From: Mytilus californianus
Taxonomy: Eukaryota
Length of the DNA: 64,000 nucleotides
Assembly: GCF_021869535.1 (NCBI RefSeq)
Contig: NW_026262701.1
Coordinates: forward strand, 101,060,001 to 101,124,000
Direction of reading: 5' to 3'
The translations under genes were made by a program, and so were the position numbers. Below, piece by piece: positions 39,538-51,849 of this stretch. Positions within the stretch are counted from its first letter, which is position 1; every line of letters begins with the position of its first letter. The notes under the pieces were generated by a model. It worked only from the letters and a program-made list of their open reading frames with translations, was not told the origin of the DNA and ran no database searches.

Positions 39538-40059
39538 ATGAACAAAGAAAAAGTTCAAATGATAAAAAAGAAGGTGGCAATGAACAATGCTTATGTTAAC
39601 CAGAAAGCTGGAGCCCAGGGAAGTCTTACTACTGCTTTACTTCTATCAAATGTCAGCCTCGTAAAAACATTACAACAAAAAAAGGAATGTTCGCACAACA
39701 CTGTTTGTATTGCTGGCGTGGTACTTATTTGTTTGTCAATCCTGATACAGATAGTTGTAGGTGTAATGCTTGTTGTTTTAGCTAGACGTGAACAGTACAT
39801 ATCCAAACAAGTAGAAGAGGAAGAAAGAGAAAAGGATGCTTACATTTCTGAAAAAATAAAGGAAGAAATAATGGTAGATGTTTCTTATCAAGATGGTGCA
39901 GATGGTGATAAAACTTCATTTGGGATAGACCGTGTTAAAAAAGAAGAGAGAAAAAAAAAGAAAAGAACAATGTACAAATTGAACACAGGTGTGCTCGTAT
40001 TAACATTTCTGGTTGCCATTATCAATACTATCATTAATGGAATGAATTTTGAAAAATGA
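39538..40059 (+). CDS. Ninjurin-family membrane protein (173 aa), antisense within NUP93 intron 14
   Basis: NNAYVNQKAGAQGSLTTALLLSNVSLVK / VLICLSILIQIVVGVMLVVL / LNTGVLVLTFLVAIINTII align by eye to NINJ1 helices 1-4; probable 61-nt 5'UTR intron 39452-39512 (GTAAGT...TTTTCAG); AATAAA at 40217. Confidence 0.88.
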   Translation: MNKEKVQMIKKKVAMNNAYVNQKAGAQGSLTTALLLSNVSLVKTLQQKKECSHNTVCIAGVVLICLSILIQIVVGVMLVVLARREQYISKQVEEEEREKDAYISEKIKEEIMVDVSYQDGADGDKTSFGIDRVKKEERKKKKRTMYKLNTGVLVLTFLVAIINTIINGMNFEK

Positions 40060-41471
40060 TTAATTCTTGTAGACTTCTATTTAACTACATATATAGTGAA
40101 TGTATTGGTTAACTAACCCTTTCATACTGAAATTATCCTTATGGCAACCTTAAGCTGTGTAGCCGAAATTATCTGTAAGGGTACCGAAATTTCTACTTTT
40201 AGACAGACTCAATCCAAATAAAAAATTAAAGTGCTTGTGAGCACTGAAGGATAAAGATTGCTTTCATTTTGCAAATTTGTAACATTGAAAAAAGTAACAC
40301 AAGGAAAATTCAAAACGGAAAGTCCCTTAACAATGGGCAAAATCAAAAGCTCTAACACATCAAACGAATGGAAAACAACTGTCATATTCCTGAATTGGTA
40401 CAGGCATTACCTTATGTAGAAAATGGTGGATTAAACCATGTTTTAAAGCTAGCTAAAGCTCTCACTTGTATGACAGTCACATAAAATTTCATTATATTGA
40501 CAACAATGTGTGAACAAAACAAACAGACATAATTGTATTTAGCTAAGCAATTATAAATATGAATTGGAGTTATCTTCTTTTGTTCATGGTTGTACATTTG
40601 TAGTTGAAAAAAAATTAAAAAAAATACCCCTCCCTTTTTTTTTTGCTTTTGTGCAATACACTATGCTGTTGCGTAATGACCCCCCTCCACTTTTTTTTTG
40701 CAAAAAAAATAATATTTGAAGAATTTTTCTTTTTAATTTCTGAAATCTGAAATGAGAAAAAATTGACCCCCCCCTCCCTTTTTCCCCCCCAAAAAATTCT
40801 TTCCTTTGGATTACCTCCCTTACACTGCTTTTAAATTGTCTTAATTGTCCATTAACCAGGAAACCCTTGTTTTTCCCCCTTTTTTGCCCCTAATTCCTAA
40901 ACGGTTTGAGCCATAACCCCCCAAAGTCAATCCTAACCATCCCTTTGTGGTATGGAAACTTGTGGTATAATTTCAGAGAGATCCATACACCGTTCCACAA
41001 GTTATTGTCAGGAAACTAGAAAAATGCTTATTTGGGGCCCTTTTTGGCCCCTAATTCCTAAACTGTTAGGACCATAACCCCCAAAATCAATCCCAACCTT
41101 CCTTTTGTGGTTATAAACCATGTGTTTAAATTTCATAGATTTCTATTTAATTATACTAAAGTTATTGTCCGGAAACCAACTGTCTTCGGACGACAACGAT
41201 GTGATACCAATATAGGACCACAAAATTTTTTGCGGTCGTATAAAAACTGAAGTTATATTATTAAAAGTAGTATATCTAAATCAATGATGCATAAAATACG
41301 GGTCAGATTAACTTACTTTTTGTAGAATTTGTTATATTCTCTATAATGAATTCTTACAAGCTATAGGATGGATGTAACTAAGTGTCTGAGATCTGTTCTA
41401 AGATTGTACAAGAATATGCATCAATAGGAGATCATGCCCAAGGTCACACTATCATATGTCCATGTTCAGTA

Positions 41472-41735
41472 AAAAGAGCGTTCCCGCTGACTGAGTGGTC
41501 TAAGTAATCCAACTTGTGTATCACTAGCCTGTCAACACTGAGGTTGTGTGTTTGAACCCCACATGTGGCAGGTCTGCTCGACTCCAATCTTAATTGACTA
41601 GGATTGTCAGTTTTACTGCTGAAGATCAGTGGTTCTCTCCGGTCACTCCTGCTTCCTCCAACAATAAAAACTAAAAGCCACGAAATAGCCAATAGTGCTG
41701 AAAGTGGGGTTCAACATCAATCAACCAATCAATTT
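41472..41735 (+). mobile_element. tRNA-derived SINE, second family (V-domain-like core)
   Basis: A-box-like CTGAGTGG, B-box GTTTGAACCCC, core GGTTCTCTCCGGTCACTCCTGCTTCCTCCA, (CAAT)n tail. Confidence 0.75.
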
Positions 41736-42447
41736 AACAGTGAAATTGGGGTCAAAACTGTAATGGTAAATAATTAAAAAAGTTCACTTCACAATGAACA
41801 TGTGAATTCAGTTGTTTGAAAGTGGATGTAACCACATTTTCAATGTGAACTACCTTTCAAAAATTTAACCTGATACAGTAGACTAACTGACAGAAGGACA
41901 AACAGATCAGAAAGCATAATGGACCCCTACTACCTTAGGTGGAGCAGAAAATTTCAAACCAAATTCATATTATCAAACACTGCATTTTTAGAAAAAAATT
42001 TGTACATATCATAATAAGTCAAACTACAATATAATACAATACATACAATATTTTCGTTTTCAAGTTATAATTTGTACAAAAGGAAAACAAGTACACAAGC
42101 CTAGCATTCTAACAAAATCTATAATCCTTTCTTAACAATAATAAAATTCTTGAGACAACCTGCATTAACATTGTATCATAGGAATATGGGTATCAATATC
42201 TTAAATAAAGTTAATTTCATTTCAAACATGCTGCAAATAAAAAGTACTAAATTACTAACAGAGTCTAACTATAGATATTGTTTTGATCTGATATTTAGTA
42301 TAATTGGTGTCTCATTGACTTTTACACCACATTTATCTTTTATAAATGATCAAATCTAGACATACATAAATTATCTAATCTCAGATTTGTAAGTATATGT
42401 ATTACTGATTAAAAGTTGAAAAAAGAAAGCTGCACATTTTTTTATTT

Positions 42448-43593
42448 ATGGCAATGTCCCTACCCCAAGGACAATGTACAATACAGTGCCAGTTATGTGA
42501 AAGGGATCCTAAAGTAAAATGGAAATGTCTAGACTGTGACTTATTAATGTGCAGTAACTGTAAACATAAAGTTCATTCTAAATTCAAGTCTGAAAAGGAA
42601 CATAAAATCCTTGACCTAAAGGAAGTGGGCCAACAAGAAATTGAAGATGGCCAACAAAGCACAGATGTGGCCCTAGGCAAAGAAGTGGCGTCCATATATG
42701 GTTTTCAACCAGCTGAAGTAAAGATTTCTCCAACTTACATTAAACTAATAAATATAAAAGAATATCGGATCAAAATGATGGACATAAATTTTTTGGCAGT
42801 ATCCTTGAATGATATAGTATGGATTGGTAATGGTGATCAGGAAAGATCCCGACCCTTTGCATCATATACAGCACTACAGAGTGGTAAACTTGTAGGAGAT
42901 AAATTAAAGATCAGATCCAGTTTTAACATGATGGTAAGTGATATAGCCGTTACTCCTGGCAATGACATATTACTGGCTACATCAGAATCAAGACTGAAGC
43001 AGATCAAGGCTGGATCTATTTATGTGACAGACTCTGTATACTGTGAAGAATTATCCAGTCTCTGTAGTGTACATGTGACAAATGAAGGAAGAGTGATAGT
43101 GGGTGGAATAACAGTTATTGTTGTTATGGATACAGATGGTAACCATCTGAGCAGGTATGAAAAGGATAAAAACAATAAATCTATATTTGATGGATTAATT
43201 TGTTCAATAACCAGTACACTTAATGGGAATATTTTTGGGATACAAACATCGATTAAAAAGAGTGTGGTAGTCTTAGGGAAGGAAGATATCATCAATAACT
43301 ATCCAGGACATCCCTCTATCAACAGGTATGGCGAGTTTAGTCCTAAGTCAGTAGTAGCCACACCATTGGACAATGTTATTGTGGCTGACGACATCAATCA
43401 TACACTACATATACTGGACCACACTGGTCAGGTACTGACCACCTACAATACTAAAGACATAAGGATACTATTTCCAACATCTCTAGCCATAACTATGGAA
43501 GGACCATTTGCAGTATTATATTTAGGATGCCATACAATTGTAGGAAGTTCTAAATCTGGAATGCTGTACAAAATTAATATCATGGGGTGTTAA
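42448..43593 (+). CDS. Intronless B-box zinc finger plus NHL-like beta-propeller protein (TRIM-related, 381 aa), antisense within NUP93 intron 14
   Basis: CQLC-x8-CLDC-x4-CSNC-x3-H-x8-H B-box; C-terminal repeats such as SDIAVTPGNDILLA, SVHVTNEGRVIVG, SVVATPLDNVIVAD; 1146-nt uninterrupted ORF. Confidence 0.9.
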   Translation: MAMSLPQGQCTIQCQLCERDPKVKWKCLDCDLLMCSNCKHKVHSKFKSEKEHKILDLKEVGQQEIEDGQQSTDVALGKEVASIYGFQPAEVKISPTYIKLINIKEYRIKMMDINFLAVSLNDIVWIGNGDQERSRPFASYTALQSGKLVGDKLKIRSSFNMMVSDIAVTPGNDILLATSESRLKQIKAGSIYVTDSVYCEELSSLCSVHVTNEGRVIVGGITVIVVMDTDGNHLSRYEKDKNNKSIFDGLICSITSTLNGNIFGIQTSIKKSVVVLGKEDIINNYPGHPSINRYGEFSPKSVVATPLDNVIVADDINHTLHILDHTGQVLTTYNTKDIRILFPTSLAITMEGPFAVLYLGCHTIVGSSKSGMLYKINIMGC

Positions 43594-43700
43594 ATCAGTT
43601 TAGATACGGAAGGCTGGACAATAATAACCTCGTGGGGTGTTAAATCAGTTTAGATCCAGAAGGCTGTACAATAATAACATCATGGGGTGTTAAATCGGTT
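43565..43700 (+). repeat. 50-bp tandem repeat covering the last codons and stop of the B-box gene
   Basis: GGGGTGTTAAATC with TAA ending at 43593, 43643 and 43693. Confidence 0.9.
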
Positions 43701-44228
43701 GTCTTTTTGAATATTTTCAATTTTGAAAAAGTGAACATATAAAAAATATGTGACTGTAAATTTATTAAACATAACAATATCATATCAATCTGATCTTCAT
43801 GTAAAATGATTGTTGCATAATTTATAAATGTAACAAATTACACATATGTAATTGTATACTTTATTAGTACCTGTTGTAAAAATTATTTCTTCTTAATCTT
43901 TTAATGATTAAAGAACATTTTTTGCACTTCAGAGTACACTCATTTCAGTTAAAGAAATCAAATGTGTACAATGATATAACTATATGTGTAGGAACGATAT
44001 AAATGGCCCCACTTGCAAAAAAAAAAGTTTGAAGCCATTTTAAGGAGTGAAAACTTTCAAAGTATAAAGCCGGTAATTTCCACAAAAATCTGTAGAACCA
44101 AACACAAACTTGATCTGTAACTCATCATAGTATGATGTTATATTTAGTATAAAAACAGGGAGCAGTTTTAAAAGTATCTTGAGCAAATACTAGAAAATTG
44201 GAGAAGGATAAAAAGTCATATAATAAAA

Positions 44229-44376
44229 CAATTGTTGACTTTTGATTTCAGTTGATACAATGATTTATCAACCCCAGAGATATGATATTCACCCTCAGCT
44301 GTTGGCCTCGGTGAATATCATATCTCTGGGGTTGATAATTCATTGTATCAACCGAAATCAAAAGTCAATAATTGTA
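44229..44376. mobile_element. Near-perfect 148-bp palindrome (hairpin MITE-like)
   Basis: ACAATT.TTGACTTTTGATTTC.GTTGATACAATG..TTATCAACCCCAGAGATATGATATTCACC and its reverse complement around a short loop. Confidence 0.8.
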
Positions 44377-44814
44377 TATTGTTGCGGAATGACGGAATGA
44401 CGGAATGACGGATAAGGGAAACACTATATGGCCAGACCTAAGTCGGCGGGGCCATAAAAAATTAATTAGGTTACAATCTGGTCAGCCAATAGAAAACTGA
44501 AACAGTAACTACTTCATACAGTCCTAACTTGTAACATCAAACAATGTGGTGTCAAACACTTCCTGGTCAAATCTCAGTTTGTTCAATGTATCAATAATTC
44601 TGATTAGTCAAACTTAATTGATATGATATCTCTGTTATCTTGAGTTTATTTTTAAGTCCTCTTAAAGAAAAATGAACATAATGTTTGGAAGTACAAAAAA
44701 ACTTTGGAAAAAACATTTGGATTCAAAGTTTCAAATCGGATGTTTTGATTGGTAGATCCAAAAAAGTTTTTGTAGTTAATAATATCAATAAGTTTGTTTC
44801 ATAAATAAACTGTT

Positions 44815-45780
44815 ATCACAGAGATATGTCTCGCTTTTTTGTAATTCTGATTATGCAAATGTTGAAATTAAAATGGCAATACTTAACAAGTTAGGCTAAT
44901 ATTCAAAGTCAATGAACCATGACTGAGGTACATGGCTAAACCATCTCCATGTAAATGAGATGCGACAATGCTAATACAACATTTACAAATATCATTGACT
45001 TATTATAAGTTGTTCACTTTAAACAAACCTAAACACAAACATTAACTTGTAAAGTATGTAAAAGTCAATGAACCATGAAGAGGGGGTGGAGCTATATAAT
45101 CTCCATGGAAACGATACTTACAAATGCCAATAAATTTTCATACCAAATGTCATTGACTTAACATTAGCATTTCATCTTAAACTGATCTTATCATAAACTA
45201 ATACATGTAAACTAAGCAAAAGTTTCAAAGTCAATAGGCCATGACTGAGGGGATGGGGCCAAATATTCTCCTTTGAAATGAGATGTGCTAATGCTTATAC
45301 AACTGAATACCAATTAACATTGGCCTACCACTAATGGTTCCCCTTGAACTGACGTAATCACAAACTAATACATGTTAACTAAGCAAAATTTTCAAAGGTC
45401 AATAGACCATCACTCAGGGGGCTGAGTCAAATAATCTCCATGGAAATCAGATATGCCAATGCTTATACAACTGCATACCAAATATCATTGACCTACCACT
45501 AATGGTTCCCCATAAACTGACCTAATCACAAACTAATACATGTAAAATAAGCAAAAGTTTCAAAGTCAATAGACCATGACTGAGGGGGCAGGGCCAAATA
45601 ATCTCCATGGAAATGAGATGTGCCAATGCTAATACAACTGTATACCAAATATGATTGACCTTCAACTTGTGGTTCACCACAAACTAGACCTAATCACAAA
45701 CTAATACATTGTTGATGCCGCCGCCGCCACCCGAAACAGCACACATGTCTCGCTTTTTGACTCCGTCAATCGAGACAAAA
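44815..45780 (+). mobile_element. Helentron-like element with a tandem array of about 160-180-bp units
   Basis: ATGTCTCGCTTTTT near both ends; repeated AAAGTCAATAGACCATGACTGAGG units; (GCC)n; terminal hairpin TGTCTCG...CGAGACA. Confidence 0.68.
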
Positions 45781-46614
45781 ATCAGACCAATATGTTTAAT
45801 GACACCTTTGATGATTAATCAAGTGTAAAATTGTGTTTGTTGATAACATTTAACCTGAGATAATAGCAAAATGAATGGAAAGAATCAGGCTGAGAACATC
45901 AACAGAAAGCTCAAAAAGAATCAAAATCAAAATTACTTGTTAAACTTTGAAAGAATGTAGCTATATAGATGAAGAGTTGAGACCTAAAACCAGTGTATAA
46001 CAGTCACACGTTAATAAAAAACCCAAATGTATTCATTGTAAACCAAAAACATCCAATGTAGTCAATGTAGATAGCAGTGAATTCCTTCCATGTCAATGGT
46101 GACCGCACTATTAAATAATATGTTATTGTGGCAGGCAGACTGCATATTTACATATCACTACACCAATGTAGACAATACTTTAAACTGACCACTAACATGA
46201 ATGCCCAATGTGGTCAGCATTTTCATTCATTAAAGAGAAAGAATGTCAACATTGCAAATTGAAACAAGGGAGCACCAGAAATAACCATTTCGTTGACTGA
46301 TCCATCCAACAAAAAATCAAACTTGTACAGGTAAAATGATTATTTACATATATTGTTCATCTATAACATGAAATCAAACAGACCTTAGAAAAATTGTCAA
46401 TATACCTTTGCATGTGCTTGTCTGTCTACTTATATTCATATATATGTTTATATCATTTATATGTCAAGTCAGCAGTCTTCTACCTTTATTGATAATTAGA
46501 TGGCATTTGGTCTAAATTATGCATGAAATGATGATACGTTTCGCCAAGTCCATGCAATGTAAATTGTTTCTTTTGGACAATTTGTAATTTGGATATACGT
46601 TTTATAAATCAATG

Positions 46615-47713
46615 AAAGAACCTTAGTGAGCGCGCTCACATACCCCACGTCCCCACATTGTCATTGGAGAAATAAAATAAGTGTAAGAAAAAAAAATTGT
46701 ATCAGAAAAAAAAATTGAATCATAATTTCCTGTCAATATGCACATCTACATAGTATGTCCTTATTATCTACACAGTTTCATGAAATTCTGCTTTGTGGTT
46801 TGAGAGGAGTTGCGATGACAAAAGGTTGCAGTAGTATTTTGGGCAAATAAGTTCAAAGGGGCGTAACTCCTTGAAAAAAAATTGAATCGTAATTTCCTGT
46901 GGATAGCACATCTACGTAGTATGTCCTTATTATCTGAAAAGGTTTCATGAAATTCTGTTGTGTGGTTTGAGAGGAGTTGCGATGACAAAAGGTTGCAGTA
47001 GTATATTGGGCAAATAAGTTCAAAGGGGCGTAACTCCTGGGAAAATAATTGAATCGTAATTTCCTGTCGATATGCACATTTACGTAGTATGTCCTTATTA
47101 TCTGAAAAGGTTTCATGAAATTCTGTTGTGAGGTTTGAGAGGAGTTGCGATGACAAACTGTTGCAGTAGTACATTAAAGTAAATAAGTTCAAAGGGGCGT
47201 AACTCCTAGAAAAAAAATTGGAACGCAATTTCCTGTCGATATGCACAACTACATAGTATGTCCTTATTATCTAAAAAGGTTTCGTGAAATTCTGTTGGGT
47301 GGTTTGAGAGGAGTTGCGATGACAAGAAACAGGACTGACGGACGGTAGTATATTGGGCAAATAAGTTCAAAGGGGCATAACTCCTGCAAAAAAAATTGAA
47401 TCGTAATTTCCTGTCGATATACACATCTACGTAGTATGTCCTTATTATCTGAAAAGGTTTCATGAAATTCTGTTGTGTGGTTTGAGAGGAGTTGCGATGA
47501 CAAACTGTTGCAGTAGTACATTAAAGTAAATAAGTTCAAAGGGCGTAACTCCTAGAAAAAAAATTGAAACGCAATTTCCTGTCGATATGCACAACTACAT
47601 AGTATGTCCTTATTATCTAAAAAGGTTTCGTGAAATTCTGTTGGGTGGTTTAAGAGGAGTTGCGATGACAAGAAACAGGAAGACGGACAGACGGACTAAC
47701 GGACGGACGGACT

Positions 47714-47744
<31 letters not shown>

Positions 47745-47762
47745 CTGTTGCGTACGGTATAA
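46615..47762 (+). mobile_element. Helentron-like non-autonomous element with an internal array of about 145-160-bp units
   Basis: About 6 units of TTTCCTGTCGATATGCACATCTAC...GAGGAGTTGCGATGACAAA; (GACG)n microsatellite; 3' hairpin TATACCCTCCGCAAC...GTTGCGTACGGTATA; explains ORFs 46764-47539. Confidence 0.75.
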
Positions 47763-47880
47763 ATATGAGATTTTGAGTCAAATTGGTGAACATGACATTG
47801 ACAGCTAATGCCCCTTTAACAAAGCGATCACTAATTTCTAGATTTTAACCAAAGGGTAAATAAAAGAAAAAAAGGATTAC

Positions 47881-47925
47881 CCTTTTTGTTCCATCTCGTT
47901 CTATTTTTCCTAACAGCATCTCAAA
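47881..47925 (-). CDS. NUP93: NUP93 exon 14, FEMLLGKIERDGTKR
   Basis: cag/GTAATC bounded, 45 nt; fills the expected FDMILGKLENDGSRK gap. Confidence 0.94.
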
Positions 47926-49227
47926 CTGAAAATAAAAGTTATATCTATTAGTACAAGTTGTGTCCAAATTGTCAAGTAAAATTAAAAAGTTTAGAAATTC
48001 CAACCTTAGATGAATTTTCTATTTGACAACTAGTTCTAGTTATATAGTAGAGCAAATCATGTTTTTGGGAGTGTCAGATGTGATATATAAACATAATAAG
48101 TTTTAGGGGAGAGCTTTCTTAGAAACTTTCAAGAGCTACTGCACAGTATTTTGCTATTATATCTGTATCTGCATGAAATGTATGTAAGCTAAAATGGTCT
48201 TTTTATTATGTATATGATACCAGAATAGGCCTTTATTTATTACTTTATGTGTCTATTATCTTTTGATGCCTTCATGCAAAGGTGTTACTGAATGATGCAC
48301 TGAAAGCAGCAATAACAGTGTGTGACAAATGCCCATCTGCTTAATGACAGAAGGACTCTTGTAATTCAATTAAAAGTATGACATCCGGAATAAACATGGT
48401 CTATACATTTATAAACCTTAAATAAGCTCAATATCTAGACAAAAAGAAAAAATACTTGGACAACTATTGGTTGGCTGTCAAGTTGATTTACATCAATACC
48501 ACTTTATGTCCCAGTGGCAGGGCTAAAAAAATTAGCTTACTATAGCTTTGTTATTATTCGTGGGATACCGATTTAAGTGGACTTTGTGGGTATATGTAAA
48601 CTATGAATTTAAATGTTCAAAGAAGTAAAAATTTACTATAGGTTTGTATGCAAATTTTGGCAAAACCATGAAATCAAACATCTATGGAATTACAATAAAT
48701 CCACAGTATTTGATGTATCTGACAGAAATTTCCATATTAGCCTTAAAATTCAACTGACGCTCCAATATTGGACTGAATGCTCCGACCAAAGTCTGATATA
48801 GAACCTGTGATGATACAAAACCAACTTTAAAAACTTTGAGGGTAATATGGATTTCAAATGAAAATAAATACAGAACAGGACCTCATATATCATATACCTT
48901 AAAAGAAAGAGTTTTTGTGATGTATTTATTATTGTGAAAAAAGTGACAAGATCAATATCAACAGTGAAAATTCTGATTGGATTATTAGTGTTGCTATGTA
49001 ATCCATTTCAGTAAATTACATTAATTTAAATTCATATTTTGGTCAGTTGATCAACAATTGCAGTAATAAATGCCACCAAGAAATTTTGCATTTACAGGAT
49101 TTGAGGTAAAACGGAGTCATGTAATTAGTTATGCATAAACACATATCACATTAAAGTATTTGATCAAAGACATTTAATGGGTATTTATTTTTTTTTATCT
49201 AATTTATATTTGGTATATAGAACTGAC

Positions 49228-49300
49228 CTCTCTGGTATCCAATACAAGTTCACTGACACATGACATAAAGAAGTTTTCTCCCTGTGCTGTCTTTAAGTCC
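49228..49300 (-). CDS. NUP93: NUP93 exon 13, DLKTAQGENFFMSCVSELVLDTRE
   Basis: cag/GTCAGT bounded, 73 nt, phase 2-0. Confidence 0.96.
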
Positions 49301-49994
49301 CTGCAAAAATCATTGATACTAACAGTACATTTAATAGTATTATAAACTTGTTAGGTAAATATTGATAATAAACTTTTTTTATCCAGCCTTTCCAAAAGTC
49401 AGAATTGATTTTACATTAGATGAATGAATAAATTCTAATTTTATTTTAAGCATAGCTGACAGTGCTGAGGTTGGGATCTTCAACCACAAATATAAACATA
49501 GGGAGATGTGGTACCATTGCCAATGAGATAACTATACACCAGAGTTCAAATGAAGTGGATAAAAGCAATTATAGGTCACTGCCTTCAACAATGAGAAAAA
49601 CCCATACCATATTTTGATTTTTGATTTTTTGTGTTTTAACGCCACTTTTAAGCACCGCTTTTGGGCTATTTCGTGGCGGCCAGTTTTTATTGGTGGAGGA
49701 AGCCGGAGTGCCCGTCCCATACCATATAGTCAGCTTTAAAAGTTTCTAACATGAAAAATGTAAAACAATTCAAATGATAAAACTAACGGCCTAATTTACA
49801 AAAATTCAATTTACAAAAAACAAATATGACATAGACATCAACCAACAACAACCACTGAAACAAAGCATGGATCTGCAGGCATGCCAAAAAAGTGAGACAA
49901 CAACTACAGTCTTTATGATGTAATGCCCATAATTACACATCAACCTGAAATAAATGGAAACTTGACCTGAAACTGCTGTACCTACAAGAATGAT

Positions 49995-50230
49995 CGCGTC
50001 TTGGTGATTAACGCCACTTTGGGCACTCTTGGCTGGTGGCCAGTTTTTATTGATGGTGGATGCTGGATTAACCACAGACCTATGGCAGGTAAACTGGCAA
50101 TCTTATGTCAATCAAGATCAGTGTAAAATGCACCTCAGCCTTAACAGGGTTCAAACTCACAACCACAGTGTTTACAGGCTTGTGGTCACTGTATAAAAAC
50201 TACTTAGACCACGCTATCACTAAGGTCCCC
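49995..50230 (-). mobile_element. Diverged SINE of the 41472 family (a 3' fragment also at about 49615-49715)
   Basis: TTAACGCCACTTT...CCAGTTTTTATTG tail and a tRNA-like head on the minus strand. Confidence 0.65.
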
Positions 50231-50358
50231 TTTCCATTAGAATTTATATTAAAAAATGTTAAAAAACAAGTATCAATAGTTGTAAACTGAAATGACAAAC
50301 AAGGTAAAAACAAAATGCCCTGTCCATGCAGTAGTAGACCATAAAAATGACAGTTTAC

Positions 50359-50485
50359 CTGAGGAAGTAGAAATACTGTAAAGCTTCTCTAGCATCTGTT
50401 GATTCAAATTTTCTGGTATATAATGTTATTAATCTGGCAAAATTCAATCTCCTCATACAGCCATCATCTGATGTATCTGTTGTTA
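50359..50485 (-). CDS. NUP93: NUP93 exon 12, [42 protein letters not shown]
   Basis: cag/GTAAAC bounded, 127 nt; [28 protein letters not shown]. Confidence 0.98.
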
Positions 50486-51849
50486 CTGTAGAAAAATAAA
50501 TATAATATTAGAAATCTAAGTTACTGATTTGGAGCTGTATCCTATTACTTTTATGCAAAATAATAGAAACTACTTGGTTGCTACAAAACCGAAAGTGCTA
50601 ATAAAAAATAGGAAGTTACAAAAAAATATCAAGTTTCCTCCAAATATGGTACCTTTCTTTATTATTTGTAATATAAGCAACAGTGTTTTTAACCAGTAGC
50701 TCATTAATTCTTCTTTTTTGGTTCACCTGTTCTGACAAAAACACCTTAAAATTTTCCACAAGTAAGTCTGTTGTGTTTCCTTAAAAAATTCTTTTTAAAG
50801 TTTCTGTATGATTAAAATGTTTATTGCATGAATTTATGAATATTGTCCCTTTTAAAGTATAAAAAACATTTGACATGAAACATAATTCAAATATCTGTCA
50901 AATCACAGTTCTTAATTCATTAATCAAAAATTGAATTGTCTGAAATAAAAAAAAATGTAAAAAATTCAACACTAAAAAAAGTGAAAAGTAAACATAACCA
51001 AACCAGCTGAACTAAGCTCCTTTAAAAGCAAATTGCAAAAATAATATGGCACAAAAATTAACTAGTCAACATTTACTGTTGTGATTTACAAATTTCAGCT
51101 GCATAAAAGTAATATTTTTTGAGAGGTATCAAAACTAAAGATGGTTTACAATGAACACATGCACTGTGCAATAATTGTGATACTGATATCTAAGCAAGGT
51201 TGAGTTACTTCCCTTGTAGACTTAAAATTATGACTATATCTGAAGGAAAAATGAGTTACTTCCCATGTAGAAGCAGTTTAAACAGTAAAGAAAGATTTTG
51301 AACATATTCAATACGATTTTAAGCCATTATCACTGTGGGTATTTCAAGATCTGTTCAGAAAGTATTTCAAGATGTCTTCAGGAAAGGATAAAAATGAACA
51401 TCTTTGTATTGTGAATAATTTGGTAAAGTGTTAAAACTAGTGGCAAACATCAACTGATTGATTACTGATATATGTGACATATATTGCAGCATGTAAAGTG
51501 GGTTGACAAGTGACAAGTGACCAACCCACCCTCTCCAAAATCATGGAACAGGTAATAAAAGGATGACTGAAAAACCTGTTTTACCAGACTGTTTCTATAT
51601 TTACAAATGCTTATGTGTTCATGGTTCACCTTACAAAGAAGCAAACTTCAAGGTCATTTTAGGTCCTTTTTGGTTATATAGCTCTTCAACTGTTTCAAAT
51701 TTTATACATCCTTGGCTTTCAATTTTTCGGCTTTGAGCATTCCTGATGAAAGAAAAGCACTTTGGACAGATGAAATTTATAAAGTGTTGTTTTCATTTTT
51801 TTCAATTTCAATCTTATTTTATTGAGAACACATTCAAGTATATTAGCTG

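Noticed and set aside
46764-47539. Four overlapping minus-strand ORFs with internal repeats
   Set aside because: Translations of the tandem array inside a non-autonomous element.
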